The notes: generated from the sequence alone by a model not told the origin. Positions 10,506-24,085 are shown, counted from the stretch's first letter. The stretch: DNA of 64,000 bases from Nemertoderma westbladi (GCA_032718475.1 JAUCBJ010007289.1:186001-250000); one strand, 5' to 3'. Numbers and translations are program-made.

Positions 10506-10818
10506 AAGGGTCCCCCAGACCAGTTGGGTCCCCCTATACAGCTGGGTCCCTCAGACCAAATAGGTCCCCCTGTTCAGTTGGGTCCCCCCATTCATAAGTG
10601 TCCCCCCGCTAAGGTGGGTCCCCCTGACCAGTTGGGTCCCCAAGACCAGTTGGGCCCCCCACATCACTTGGGTCCCCCAGACCATTTGTGTACCCCACAC
10701 CAGATGGGTCCCCCCGTTTATAAGGGTCCCCCCGTTCAGTTGGGTCCCTCAGATCAGTTGGGTCCCCCAGACCAGTTGGGTCCCCCCCTTCATATGGGTT
10801 CCCCTGTTCAAAGGGGTT
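10506..10818. repeat. 18-bp minisatellite (TTGGGTCCCCCAGACCAG-like), about 17 units
   Basis: GGGTCCCC core every 18 nt; reads as (GPPxQL)n. Confidence 0.92.
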
Positions 10819-13790
10819 CCAGTACCTTTGACGACACATCGCCCTTCGGCTCACACTGGACTCCCGAAGCACCCCGCAACTCGGACCCCCAAGACCTGAT
10901 GATGAGGGCGTTTGGGGCCCCCTTGCTGGGTAAAGGTGCTCCGCCAGATGGATTGCTCCACCAGTGGAGGAGGGCCACTCAATTACGCGGCTCCAAGTAT
11001 AGACAGCCTGGGGGGGGGGCGTGGGTCGTGATATGGTTGAGCTGTTGACGTCGGAAGCTACAGCTTTTGTGGCGGGTTTGAGACATAACGTTGCGAACGC
11101 GCGTTCCGAACGGATCCTCCTCGCAGACTCGCTGCTCCTTCACCGGGACCCTAGGGTCATCAAAGCCGCAGATATCCGACGCCTCCTCATCCGCCGACTT
11201 GAAATGTGGAGGTCAGGGCGGCTTGAGGCGCTGCTTCAGGAGGCGGAGCGCTGCTCCAGTAAAGTTGGATCTGGAAGGCAGACCAAAGCCAAGACCCCGG
11301 ATGAGGACAAAGACCACACAGTTCGAGTTTTTACTCGCCTGATGTTGGAGGGCAAAGTGAGGAGCGCGGTTCGGTGGGTCACAAATCGTGAGGGTGGGGG
11401 GGTGTTAGACCCTGATGATGACGCCATCGATGCTGAGGGAAGAAAGGTTAAGGTCATCGACCTTCTTCGTGCCAAGCATCCCCCTGCCTCCCCACCTCCA
11501 CCTGAGGCCCTTATCCAACTCGATGAGGACCTCCCTGTCTGGGTCGACGTCGACGTTACTGCCTCCCACATAGAGTCCTCCGCGCATCGACTCCATGGAG
11601 GCGCTGGACCTGCCGGCTCCGATTCAACCCGCTGGGGCGATTACCTCCTTCGTTACGGCGCCCACAGCGAACGCCTCCAGGACGCGGTTGCTGAGATAGC
11701 ACGTTCCCTTTCCAACGCTGTCGTACCCTGGGAGTCGGTGCGCGCCCTGATGTCCTGTCGTCTGATCGCCCTGGATAAGTGCCCGGGGGTCCGCCCAATC
11801 GGCATCGGGGAGTGTTTACGGCGGATTCTCGGCAGATCCCTGGCCGAAGCAACGGGGGATGACGTCACCGCGACCTGTGGCGCCGAGCAGCTCTCCGCCG
11901 GCACGTCAGCCGGCGTCGAGGCCGCCGTCCACACGATGGCGGAGTTGTTTGAGGACCACAAGGAGGACGGCTGGGGAGTTCTCCTCGTCGACGCGTCCAA
12001 CGCGTTCAATTCGATGAACCGAACGGCCGCGTTGTGGAACGCTCGTCAGCTGTGGCCCAGGTGCTCACTGTTTTTGTTTAACTGCTACAGGGGGCACAGT
12101 ATGTTAATTATTAGAGGGACCAATGTGGTTCTATTTAGCGAGGAGGGAACCACCCAGGGCGATCCCCTTGCGATGCTGGAGTACTCGACCGGTATACTCC
12201 CCCTCATCCACCACCTGAGAAAGCCCCCCCCTCATTCAGAACTGGTTTGCCGATGACTCAGCGGCAGCTGGCAGACTCTTCCTGATCCTCGAATGGTTCA
12301 GGGAACTGAAACGTCACGGCCCCACCCTCGGCTACTATCCGGAACCCACCAAGAGTTACCTCGTCGTAGCTCCACAGTACGAGGAGGAGGCCCGTAGAGT
12401 TTTCGCTGGCCAGGAGATAAATATAGTAACGGGACACCGTTTCCTGGGCGGGTATCTTGGTGGGACTGCAGAGCGATTGGGTTACGTTCAGGCCAAAGTT
12501 GCTGCGTGGGTCGCATCGGTTGATCGTCTCTCAGAGATGGCCGAGACCCAACCCCAAGCCGCGTTCGCTGCCATGGCCGGCTCCCTCCAACGGGAGTGGG
12601 CTTACCTCCAGCGCGTAACCCCAGACTGTGTCGATGAGTACCAGGTGCTGGAGGACGCGCTGACTGAGCGTTTCCTTCCCGCAGTGTTTGGCGGACCGAT
12701 CTCCCCAAACGAGCGTTGTCTGTTCGGCCTCTCACCTCGCACTGCAGGTCTCGGACTGCGGAATCCGGTGTCCGAGGCGGCCCACTCGTTCGATATATCG
12801 CGAGCTGGAACCCGGACCATCGCGCAGTCGTTATTGGGAGATCGGCAGTTCTCGCTCACGGACCACCGTAATTGTTTACAGCGAGTGCGGAAAGAAGGAC
12901 GGGACCAACAGCTCGGAAGGGAGAGGGCTAGTCTGGAGGCCGTGCTGGACGAGTTCCCACAGGGCCGCCGTCGGACGGTCGAGCGCGCCGCCAACTTCCG
13001 CTCCAGTGGGTGGATTTCCTCCCTCCCAATAGCCGAACACCAACTTGATCTCTCCCCCATGGAGTTCCGGGATGCGCTGGCGATCCGGTACGGCCGCCCC
13101 CTGGCGGCGGTGCCGAGTCGGTGCGATGGGTGCGGGGCCGCCTTCGATTTAAACCACGGTTTAAATTGTAAAAAAGGCGGCCTCGTAATCCAAAGACACA
13201 ACGAGCTCCGGGATGTGGTCGGTGATCTCGCGGCGCGCGCGTTCGGGCCCCGGAACGTCACCCTCGAGCCAGTGGTCCGCGAACAGCAGGGAGTAGACGG
13301 AGCAGCAGGTCTCCGTTGTGATGTGGGGATTCGGGGTGCGCTAAACCCGCAGACCCAGGCGTTGATCGATATTCGGGTTGTAAACCTTGACGCCGGGTCA
13401 TATGCGGGTCGCACCCCAATGTCTGTCCTGGAGTCGGCCGAGGACCAGAAGAAGAGGCTGTACGCGGACGCAGTGACGGCCCGACGGGGCGACTTCTCGC
13501 CGTTCGTCGCCTCATGCGACGGAGTTCTCGCGCCGCAAGCGAACCATCTTCTCCGTGTGGTGGCAGACCGGCTGCACCGATCGTGGGGGCGGCCCTATAG
13601 CGTCACAATGGGCTGGATCCGTACGCGGGTTCAGTTGGCCATTATTAGAGGGGCCACCCACTGTCTGCGGGGCTCCCGCACCAAGTGGAGAAGCGCTCGG
13701 GGGCCGGATGATGGCGCAGGGCTGCCAGAAAGCTGGCAACCGGTGTAGTACTGTGGTACAATGTAGGTGTAAAATAATATATAAACATAA
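10819..13790 (+). mobile_element. CRE-clade-like non-LTR retrotransposon (RT, CCHC, restriction-like endonuclease), 5'-truncated, two frameshifts
   Basis: LIALDKCPGVRPIGIGE, QGDPLAM, NWFADD (next frame), CDGCG..H..NC, RHNELRD and D...DIRV...E..K RLE motifs. Frameshifts fall in the G-run near 11010 and the C-run near 12224. Confidence 0.85.
11021..13748 (+). pseudogene. RT-RLE polyprotein of the CRE-like element
   Basis: ORFs 11021-12256 and 12477-13748 join across a homopolymer frameshift. Confidence 0.85.
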
Positions 13791-14252
13791 AAACAATCAA
13801 TTCAATTTATATTTACTGTGTTTGGTGGTGGTGCAGTTTTAACTGTTTGTTGTTTAAGTTTTTAAATTTCCCGCGTTTATAATACAAATATTACTAATAG
13901 ACTGTTTACATACTGTTCTGGAACAATTTGTGTATGTATTATTAGCTACGCAATAGATATATTGGATAGGAATACCGCTGTTGCCAACCAACTTATAAAA
14001 TAAATAACACATTCTAGAATTTTGTGTATTTATTAGATAGAATAAATGGTTATACCTATGTATGTAATGTATGTACGTACAGTAAGTACCTATGTATACT
14101 AAACTACAATACATACACATAAATGAATTAGTAATATCTAATGTATTAGAAGCACAGTTAGACCCCCCCCCCCCCCAAGTGATGCAGCTCCCGCTACACC
14201 ACCACCCCCCCCCCCCCCCCCCCTCATCTGGTGGGCAATCAAAAGCCTATAG

Positions 14253-17200
14253 CTAAGTTACTGCCTCTCGGCTGTATTTATTTAAGAATATATTTTTTAA
14301 TTTCCGCTTAAAAGTTAAAAGATTTGGTAATTTTACAACTTCTATGTCTAAAGTATTCCATAATTTTATTGATTTCACTATTACGCTATCGTGGCCAAAC
14401 CTGTTATTTGTTTTTGGAATAATGATATTACCCGTCCTGGTGTTCATTTTCACATTTTGTCTTGGAAGAAATGGCAGATTTAGAATTTTAAATGCCTCAG
14501 TCAATCCGTGTATATACTTATAAAAATAAACAAGGGTGAAATACTCCCTGACTGCTGATAGTAACGGAATTTCTCCTTTTTGTCTTAACTCCGTGCCGCT
14601 GTTATCTCTGATTTTCTTACCAAAAATAGTGCGCAATGCATAATTTTGCACTTTCTCAATTTTGTACAACAACTCCTTGGATCCATATTTGTCGTGGAGT
14701 GACACAAGTAGCTGACAGCAATAGTTGTGATATGGCATCGTAAGTGTTTTGTATAATTGCAATTTCGTTTTATTTGGTAATTGGCCTTTTATAGAACGTA
14801 AACAAGAAATACTAAGTGTCATTTTCTGAATTATTTTTTTAATATAATCGTCCCAATTTAGTTCACTGTCAATGATTACTCCAAGATATTTTACTGATTT
14901 TGACTGAGGTATAGATTCACTGCCACCAACATTTAGTTTTATTGTGGAGATTTCATCCCTAAGTTGAGGGCCAATTTGTTTAGGTGACAATAGGAGAAAT
15001 TCAGTTTTATCTGGATTCAGTTTTAATTGTGCATCATTAAATATTTTTTGAATCTGAATAACACGGGACTCCAACAATTTTGCTGCATGTTCTGGGTCTG
15101 AGTCTATTACATAAATTACTGTATCATCGGCGTATTGTATTATTTGCTCATTTTTCATTAGTTCCGGAATATTATTTGTATATAGGGTAAAAAGTAGCGG
15201 ACCTAATACTGTCCCTTGGGGTACGCCTTTTGTTTCCGTTAGCCAGTCCGAAAAGGTATTATCTATTTTTACACGCTGCTTCCTGCTTGAGAGGTAATTT
15301 TTAATCAGGTTTAGTGCGGTGGGGTGGAAGCCTAAATATTGTAGTCTGGCATTTAAAATAATTATGATTTATTGAGTTAAATGCTTTGCTCAGATCCAAA
15401 AATGCTGCAGCAATGTATTTATTCTGATTCAAATGCTCCCGCCAATTTTCAGTTAAAAATGTAACTGCATCCACCGTAGAAAAACCTTTGCGAAAGCCAA
15501 ATTGCTTTGGATACAAAAGCTTATTATGTTTTACATACAGTAATATCTGTGAACACATTATTTTTTCCAAGACTTTGGCAAATGGTGAGGTTATTGCCAC
15601 TGGCCTGTAGTTTACCGAATCACATGAATCACCTTTTTTATAGATAGGGGTAATATTAGATAATTTCAATTTATTTGGAAAAACAGATTTTGTTAAACAT
15701 TGAATTATTATTATATTCAAAGGTTCTGTTATAAACGGCCTAATGTCCTTAATAATTTTAATTGGTATTTTGCAAGGGCCAGATGATTTATCACCATTTA
15801 GATTCTCTAAAATTTTACTGACCTCTAATATACCTACACATTTAAATGAAAACTGTATTCGGTTATCTTTTGCACCTTCTGGAATGGTGTAAGTACTAAT
15901 GGCATTCGGCGTGCAATTAAAAAAGTTTCCCAAGCTTAAAAATGCTTCATTCATAGCATTAGACACCTGTTTTTCGCTTGTTACCAAGGTTCCCCTGTAT
16001 TTAATACAATTATTGATTGAAGCACTTTTAATTTTATAGTTTATAATCTTATTGATCACTTTCCATCTCGATTTGCTGTCTTTAGCACTTAAGTATTTTT
16101 CTTTTACATACTCATTTTTTAGTTTCCGGTTGAGATTATTAAATTTATTTCGCAATAACTTATAATCATTATAATCGTTATCAGATTTTGTTCTGCGCCA
16201 AATTGCAAATTGTTTAAACTTTTTTGACCGTAATTCATTTAGTTCATCCGTTGACCAGTTATCTGATAATTTTGATCTGTCTGCTGTAACCAATTTTCGT
16301 TTTATAGGAGCATGTTTATTTAGTATTTCCTCTATATGCCGTTCAAAAATATCATATTGCTTATCGATATCATTCTCCATATAAATATCATTCCAAACAA
16401 TACCTGATATCTCGTTTAAGAAATTTGTTTTATTAAACTTAGAAAAATCTCTATATTCTATCCATTCTTTATTTGGCGATTTTAGCTTTTGGCTAAATTT
16501 GTGAGTTATTGTGGTTACTGTATAGTCGTGATCTGAAAATTCACATAAAAATACGCTACTCTGTGTAATATAATTATTTTCTATGTTGGTTATTACTACG
16601 TCTAAAAGAGTTGATGTTTTGTTGTTTGTTCTTGTCGGTTTTGTTGTATTTGTAAGATACACAGAATACATATTTAATAGGTCCTTAAGAGATGACAGTC
16701 TGGCGTTATTGGCCCCAGTTTGTCCCAGGATGTTTATATTAGGATCCCCCTGAATAATTAATTTCTTTTTGGGTTCCAAAATTAAGGCATTTTCAATTTC
16801 TTCCGAGAAACATTTGAAAAAGTTAGTATTTGATTTTGCTTTGGGTGGACGATATATAGTGCAGACTAAAATATCGTCAATTTCAACCCAGATAGATTCT
16901 AGAACCCCATTACATTTTATATCCGCCCTAACTCTACTGTTTAAATGCTGTGGAATATAAATTAATACTCCACCACCTTTCCTCCTTCGCCTATCTTGTC
17001 TGTAAATCGTGTACCCAGGAATGAGTATGGCTTTATCACTAATTCTTCTTTTTAGCCATGTTTCTGTTACAGACAACACACAATTTTTTGAACCGCCTAT
17101 CAAAATCCGTATCTCATCTATATTTTTAAACAGACTCCTGGCATTAATTTGGAAAAAATTAAAATTGTTGCTGTTTGAACGGATATAAGAACTTAAATTA

Positions 17201-17424
17201 ATATTTATATCGTCAGTTTGAAGTTCAGGTCCGGGATTAGGATGAATGTCTGGTGATAATGCCAGGGTACTATTTATAGTAATACCAATAATCAGTACAG
17301 TACTAATTGAGTGACTATATATTAACGCACTAAAATAAAAACATTTCGATGTTAATTTAATTACTGACATTAATTTTGTTAGGGGGGCCTTTATGTTGAT
17401 TAAACGCATATAACGTAAATACAC
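14253..17424 (-). pseudogene. LINE ORF2: 2A-like peptide, AP endonuclease and RT; one frameshift near 15300-15350
   Basis: NARSL, VTETWL, GGGV, IYRPP, GDPNI, SDHD; NYRPVA, QFGFR, FLDLSKAFN, GVPQGTVLGP, QYADD, KYLGV. Confidence 0.92.
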
Positions 17425-17707
17425 GAGAATGTTGTTATCGGTTTACGTAAGTAAAAAACAAAGACAGTTGAAAATATAACTGCCTCCGTAAAGACTACTA
17501 TCCATGTTTCCAATAGTATATAAACAAAGAAGTTATATACAGTTTAGTTGTTACTAGAGTTGATAGCATTGGTAGGGGCCAGTTGGAAACCCCATAGAGA
17601 AATGCAAGCAGAGTTAGTGTTATTATTGTAATTAAGTTAAAATACATGGTCATTAATAAAATTGATAGACATTAGGCTTGAATGAGTGTGGCAGGTAGTG
17701 TTGCTTG

Positions 17708-19196
17708 CTAGCCGTCAATAGCCTGCAGGAACTGAATAAGGGCTCCCAGCACACCTTTGGTAGCGGGTGTTGTTGCTACTGATGATGGTAGCATCTGAGG
17801 TGGAAGCGTCGGGTGTTGGGGTGGAAGGGTTGGGTGTTGGGGCGGAAGGGTCGGGTGTTGGGGTGGAAGGGTTGGGTGATGGGGCGGAAGGGACGGGTGC
17901 TGTGGTTGAGGGAGTTGGATCTGGGGCTGAGGTACAGAGTGCTGGTGTGGAGGGGTGGGATGTCGCCAGGGTGGTGTTGGCCCCTGGTGGAAAGTGCGAC
18001 CCGCCCACGGTGCAGTGGGTGGTGCTCTGTGAATGGGTGCGGGTGTTGGGTGCACCTGGGCCGCCGCCCTGTGGTCCCGCGGTGACTGATGGACCTTTGT
18101 GGGAGAACCAGGGCGGACCTTCTCTACGATGGCGCGGACCAGCAGCCCGATGTTCTGCTGCTTTACGTGCTTGTCGTCGTAGAGGTGGTTGGGGGAGATG
18201 GAGTGCTCTACGTACGAGTGGCCATCGTTCGCGCAATGGAAGCGATAAGTTTGTTGGCGAATTCAACATTCTGATCTCTTCGGCACAGAATCGAGGATAC
18301 GACCACGTGGCAGTTGGGCCAGGTTTCCGTAGCAAACCGCGCTCCTTCTCGGATCAGTTTGCACACTGATCTGGCAGAGGAGTTGTCGATGTCGTTGGTG
18401 CCGGTTTGTAGGTAAACAGTGTCGACTTTGGTGTATTTCGTTGACGCTGTTTCGATGTTGGAGCGGATCTGGGCTGCGACGCTGCAGGGAATCATTTTCG
18501 CATCGCGTTGGATACGGCGAGGGTATATGTACTTTCTGTTGGAGTCCATTAGGAGGAGGCAGCCCATGGAATCATCTGGTGATCGCGTGGCGGTTTGGGT
18601 GGTATAGGGGGTTGCTGTACCGGATGGGTCAGCAGCTGGAAGTGTTGATGCCGAATTGCGTGGAGGAGGGTTCGTCGGGTTCAATTGAGGAGGAGCAGTC
18701 GATGTCGGATTAGTGGAGAAGTTTCTTTCCGTTCTTCAATGATAACATCGTCATCCTCTTCGATAATGATCGACTTGTCCAGTAGGCTGGACCCATTGTC
18801 TAGTGGCTGCTTCCTAAAATAGACGGTTCGGTCCGCTACCACCGTGTCATCCAGGTTGTCTGACGGGGAGGAGTTCAGCTGACATCTAGAGCAGTGCGAG
18901 TCCAGTTCTTTCTTATACTGCTGTAGTAGTTGGTGATCACCCGCCCGTTCCTCGTATAACTGCTGTACGAGCAGTTCCAGATCGCCCAGTCTTTTCAGGA
19001 TATCCGAGTTGTCCTCGATAGTGCCGGCGATGGAGAGCCGAGCATCTGAGGGCGATGTTGGTGGAGAGACAAATGCAGGAGAGTTGGGAATCCTGGTTGG
19101 CCTTGGTGGTGAGTAGGACTCCGAGATGCGAGCGGTTGGGTGAACTGGAGAGGCAGGTGTCTCAGGGTGGTGCGCAGGCGAGCGCTGCACAGGCAT
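17708..19196 (-). pseudogene. LINE ORF1 with coiled coil and SGNH/GDSL esterase domain, frameshifted
   Basis: LLLMDSN (block I), YLQTGTND (block III), VVVSSIL, and LYDDKH (DxxH, shifted frame near 18170). Proline-rich tail. Confidence 0.75.
17808..17900 (-). repeat. 21-bp coding tandem repeat (PPQHPTL)n
   Basis: GGGTGTTGGGG(T/C)GGAAGGGT(T/C) repeated about four times. Confidence 0.85.
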
Positions 19197-19599
19197 AACG
19201 GTACCGGTAGAATATTCTTTGGCTTTGGAGTCGACGAAGCAGGCGTGTTAACTGAAGGAGCTTGCCGTGTTCGAATCGAATCGCAGTGAAAAGCCGTTTA
19301 TTTCAAAGTTAAATATAGTCAGTCAGTTTGGCGCCAATTGCAGTATTGCAGTATAGGCTTAGTACGAATATCACAGTACTTGTTGAGTTGTTTTTTGTTG
19401 TCTTATGATTACGGCTTATGTCTGATTACGGCAACCAGTCAGACCAGAGCCTATCTCCGCCCAGAGTGCAGAGTGTTACTTTGAGCTTCAGTTAGTAAAT
19501 GCTTGTACGGCTGTATGGGTGGGTACAGTAGTGTTATGTTAATTAGGCATTAGGCATTAGGCATCCTAAATGAGTACTGGAGTTTCCTCTGGGGAGTAA

Positions 19600-19692
19600 A
19601 GTTCTGGGTGGACCGCACTGGAAATAAGTCATCAGACTTTGTGCGCAATCCCTGGCCTAGTGGCCAAAGAAAATTTACTTTACTTTTTTTTT
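19600..19692 (+). mobile_element. Possible short 3'-end fragment of another L2-type LINE
   Basis: GGACCGCACTGGAAATAAG...CTTTGTGCG..ATCC resembles L2 3' UTR ends recalled from memory; followed by a TTTAC/T-rich tail. Confidence 0.35.
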
Positions 19693-19989
19693 ACAAGCAG
19701 CTACTGATAGAGTGGATCAGCATGCATTCTTAACATTCCTGGGAGACTTTAATGCAAGTCTGCATCAATCACCTACATCACCCTGGGTCTATAGCAATAG
19801 TGTTAACCGAAATTCCGTCCATCTTCCGGATTTTATCTCTGTAAATGGATTGTTTTCGGCTGGAACCCAGTTCAAGAAGCGAACTGGAAAGAAATGGAAC
19901 TGGAACATGGAAAGAAATGGACTCATAGTGGACCCAGTAGTCACAAGTCCCAGATAGACCATATTCTGTTTCGTAGGAAGTACAGGAGC
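19693..19989 (+). pseudogene. RTE-like LINE fragment 1 (AP endonuclease)
   Basis: FLGDFNA...SQIDHILFRRKYRS, which continues after the B1 TSD as SIQDCNAF..SSDH. Confidence 0.8.
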
Positions 19990-21246
19990 TGTTCGCGCTT
20001 TCAGACCTTTAGCAGTTTAACCTGCCAATTTTAGGTGTCCTCTTGTTTGTAAATCGACTTTAGCCTATAACAATTATTTAATGCACATGAAGTAACATTA
20101 GCCGAAGCCAGTCTATGCGCGATCATTCACCCACAGTTAAGGGAGACTGGATTCGGATGCTTTGACCTTATTGCGTTGCAGACCTACTGTATTATTCGAT
20201 TGATTGTTACTATATAATCTCTGACAATATTATTCACTTTCAGGGAAATATTAACAGTTCCTTTAGGACGTGGCGCTTTAAGTATAAAACAGAGTTATGA
20301 CTTATACTAAACACAACGAGATGGCTACTGATTTTCGTAAATAGCGCATTCTTTAGGAGATGCTTTATTATCTGTCACACTGCTGCATACGATTTCACAC
20401 TGCTGCACACTGATCTGCCAACCGTCACTGAATTTGATCATATATAAGGAGGATAGCAACTGACACATGTAGGGATTATGAAATAGCATTTAATGCACAC
20501 TAAAACCACTGTAATGTAAGTCGCAATTGCTACTGGTAACCGGTCCCTCTAACCTTTAGTAATCAAGAAGATTGGGGGGTTTTATGATTATTTATCGATA
20601 TTCTCCAAATATAACAACATATCCATCAACATATAACCATTAATAACAGACAGTAAACAGAAGTAAAATAATGCGGTGATAGTCAGCCAGTTGACCAGTT
20701 TGTTGCACAGTTGCGCAGTGCAGGTGATCGGTTGACAAGTTGACAGGTGCAGTAGTACCAGTACCGCAGTTGGTAGGTGCAGCCAGGTGCAGAGTTGTTC
20801 AGTGATTCAGAGATAATAGATTTACGTTCTTGTAATCAAAGCCGTCTAATGTTGGCCAAAGGCTGAAACTTCCAACACAGAAGTACAGAATAATTTCCAA
20901 GCAGTTGTTCTCGCTCAGAAAGGTAAACAAAGACCGTCATGCATTGCGCGGCTTTCCGTAGGCCTCTGTGCAAAATAAAATGAAAATCGCTCTGATTGGT
21001 CGAGCGAGCCTGAACAAAGAAAGTTAAGAAAGCTCCACATCGACAGCAAATCAGCTGACAGATTTCGTCATCTGAACTACACTCTATTTAGAGTATTTGG
21101 CGTATTGCGGCATAAAATGGCTTGTTATGTCCGCTAAAACACCTACAGGGTACATTGCGGAGAAAATGGCTTGTTATGTCCGCTAAAACAACTAAACAGT
21201 TCATTGCGGAGAAAAATGACTGGTTATATCCGCAAAAGCTTTTACA
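19990..21246 (-). repeat. 3' LTR of B1
   Basis: TGTAAAAGC...GCGCGAACA on the minus strand, preceded by the PPT-like GGGAGCGG. Confidence 0.95.
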
Positions 21247-21324
21247 CCGCTCCCAGAAAATGGGATTTAATTCTATAAAATATAAAAAATCACAGTTTCT
21301 AAAATATAAAAATACTCTAAACAG

Positions 21325-22877
21325 TTAGTCTTTCTTACGCGAACGGCGTTTACGCAGTTTTTTGAGGCTAGCAAGAGTCCTTTTCTCTTTGGGGCGAGCC
21401 ACTTTACTAGGAGGGCTATAACTCCTGGGTGAAGGGTGCAATACCATTGCATCAGAAGGTTTAGGGTTACGGTTGGTGTGTCCGCCGGTCGAGGTACCCG
21501 GTTGATCGGTATCAACCTCAGTGGAACGAGGTCGAACAACCTTGAGAGCGCGTTTTAAGACAGCAGCTCTTACTGGTCCCTGATGGGTCGTTTGCACGAG
21601 AGCGGTAGGTGGACCGTGTGTAGTGAGAAATTTCCTCGGTTTGATGGTTCTTTCCGACTCGCGTTCTCGGGCTCTATCGGAATCGATATGCTTCTCCTCG
21701 AGCTGATTTTCCTCCGCTTGTCGTTGGAAGCATTCGTCCAAAACTCTTGCTAGGGAGTAGGGTCGTCCAAGTTCGATATCTTCTTAGAGATTCTGGATTT
21801 CCCGATCGAACTGAGATAAAGCTAATTCGTTTACCGCTTGGACTTGCTGCTGCAATTTACGTTTCTCTAAACGATCGTAGGTTCCTTTTCTGATCTTTTG
21901 TCGAATAGTGTCTAACGCGTTTCGTTCAACTCTCTCCTCCACCTCGGTGACAGGTTGTATCGGGGTTAGATCGGGACGATTATACGGGTTGAACGGCGAT
22001 ATTAGGTGTCCGCGTCCCAATCCAGCTAGGTAGGATGGGCGAATATCTTGGGAGCCCACAACCGGAGTGCCACCGACTAATTGTTCGGGTAACACTAGAT
22101 CTTTGAACAATGAGTACAGCTCAGGAGGATCCGTCATACTATTAGGATCAAGAGTCTGAGGTCTCACTAGGGAGTGAGGAGGCCTGACCGAGTATTCCGG
22201 AACTCTGATCATAGGTTTATTTAAGGATCGTTTGAGTCGAGCGAGCGTAGGTGATACGTCGAACAAGTTTCGCTCGAAACTCCCGTAAATATAGCGAGTA
22301 AAACTGTGTTTAGCGCAACGTCTCCACGGATGTTTGTCTTTCCGTTTGTTGGTTGGGTCTAGGGCATTCATCGTAATAATACCAAAGACGCACGTCTTGT
22401 AGGGGAAACGCGGGTGATCTTTCTCCAGTTTTACAACGTCTCTCTCAAGAATTCCAAATATACGTTGAAGTCACTGCGTTTATCCGGTTCTTTAACGTCT
22501 TCTCTTTCGAGTTGGTTTCGAATAGAATTTTCGTGTTCGATTCTCAGTTTGTCGTTCCGACTCCGCTGGGTATGATATTTAAATAGGATCATTTCCCTTT
22601 CGGTGTCTACATCGTCCATATCGTGTAAATCGATAGGATGGCCAGTAGTTAAGAAGTCCATATACGTACCATTACGATGCGTATAGCGAGCGGTGAATTT
22701 TCTATAGTCCAATTCACGCGTGAGTTGTTCCTTTGACATTGGCGGTTCGATATAACGGCCATCATCCTCCGTAGTGGGTGGACTAGCGTCGCCGCGTATT
22801 AAACTATCAACAAACGCTTGCAATGGTAGGGTATATCGCTCCCTGATACCAAGATCATCTTCTATCAACTCAGTCAT
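21325..22877 (-). pseudogene. Family B accessory gene in B1: N-terminal part fused to the basic C-tail, middle deleted
   Basis: RRCAKHSFTRYIYGSF aligns to TRCQAHQFLRYNEGGY, and LISPFNPYNRPDLTP to LSSPW..SPHRAKALTP, of the 1212-aa ORF. The tail is shared with 48010-48357. Confidence 0.75.
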
Positions 22878-23696
22878 AGCTGCTATATGAGTTTATCGAT
22901 ATTATAATTAATTATAATTTAGGCTAGCGGTCGTTGCTGCCTCCCCCTCAATGCCCCCGGACAGCGCAAGATCCTCAGCGCTGATGTACTGTCATCGCTG
23001 TATCTATCGCCAACGTAGTAGCTGCACAACGACAACAACAACCAGCGCGAGTCACTCCACTGTCCGTCCCAAGGGCTTAGATTTACTTCAGGTTCTTACT
23101 GCAGGGTTAGGGCTACTTTCACAACTGCGACTCGCTACTGTAAACACACTTTAGTAGTAACATTCACCTATAAACGCACAAATTCCACACAACTGTCACA
23201 AATTGTACACATTCGGGCCATTTGTCCGTTAGTCAAGTGCCTTCCAGAATGCCACGTTATTATTATGTATCCCTGGATACTAGCAGTGCGCTATTTATTC
23301 CGTATGCTATTCAATGGGGCAAGCCTTTTATTGTTCTTTTAACTCACTTCTAATTCTAGCGTGGTTGTTGCCATGGTGACATTATGGAAAGCTAGCAGTA
23401 GAATTAGGGTAATTCTCATGCATACAGATCTGGGATGCTATTTAATAGTAATTCTTTAATTGTCAATATTCCCCTTTATACATGATTTTATGAATTTTAT
23501 CGGCTATTGACTATATATTGGAGATTCTCGCACACTAATACACTTAATAGGGTGAATCTCCGCTCCCATGATCTATTAATTAATGGAATTTTGGGAATAT
23601 TATAAATTGTATAAAATAACAATTTATCAAATTCATGAGAAGATATGAATTTAAATTTATTCCCGTAAATTTTATTATTTAATATTAAATAGGCAC

Positions 23697-24085
23697 AATT
23701 TTATTCCAGAGCATGTCTGGGGACTGGGATCCTTGATTCTAGGAAATTTGTCCTTTTAAGAGTATCGGTAAGTGCTACGATATCTTAATCGACTAGAATT
23801 TTAAAGGATCTAAATTTTAACAGATTTTGATTTATAAATTTTCTTGGTTTACAAACTCCTTAGAGTTTATTTGTGTGCATTTACTCTATTATAACATTTG
23901 TTTTAATATATTTTTATAAATATTAACTATGTAATATTTAAGATGGGCACCGATTTATTCCAGAACATGTCTGGGGACGTTAACTACTGATTCTAGAATT
24001 TTGTCTTTCAAGTATATCGGTGGGTGCTGCGATATCTTAATCGACTAGAATTACAGATGGTCAAAGGGTTTAACAGATTTATTTG
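23697..24085. repeat. About 135-bp imperfect direct repeat in the B pol-to-accessory spacer
   Basis: TTTATTCCAGA(G/A)CATGTCTGGGGAC...CGATATCTTAATCGACTAGAATT occurs at about 23700 and 23954; mirrored at 44280-44580. Confidence 0.8.

Larger units (their letters stand above)
13795..19460 (-). mobile_element. L2/CR1-group LINE, near full length (ORF1 esterase; ORF2 APE plus RT)
   Basis: Two-ORF layout and a 3' tail reading TAAATTGAATTGATTG. The 5' boundary is approximate. Confidence 0.85.

Noticed and set aside
10144-10818. Repeat arrays as possible CRISPR
   Set aside because: Head-to-tail tandem units with no unique spacers, no cas genes and a eukaryotic context.
11010-12232. Programmed frameshifting in the CRE-like ORF
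   Set aside because: Both shifts fall in G or C homopolymers inside conserved domains; slippage mutation or sequencing error is more likely.
12602-13414. 270-aa antisense ORF and similar overlapping ORFs (64-582, 40103-40690, 60703-61359)
   Set aside because: Expected shadows of GC-rich or codon-biased sense ORFs; no recognisable motifs.
19543-19564. TTAGGC-like telomeric repeat
   Set aside because: The unit is 7 bp (TTAGGCA) with only three copies; an ordinary microsatellite.
19628-19640. CTGATGA on the minus strand here, and on the plus strand at 29676, as hammerhead cores
   Set aside because: No stem II plus GAAA arrangement follows either site.
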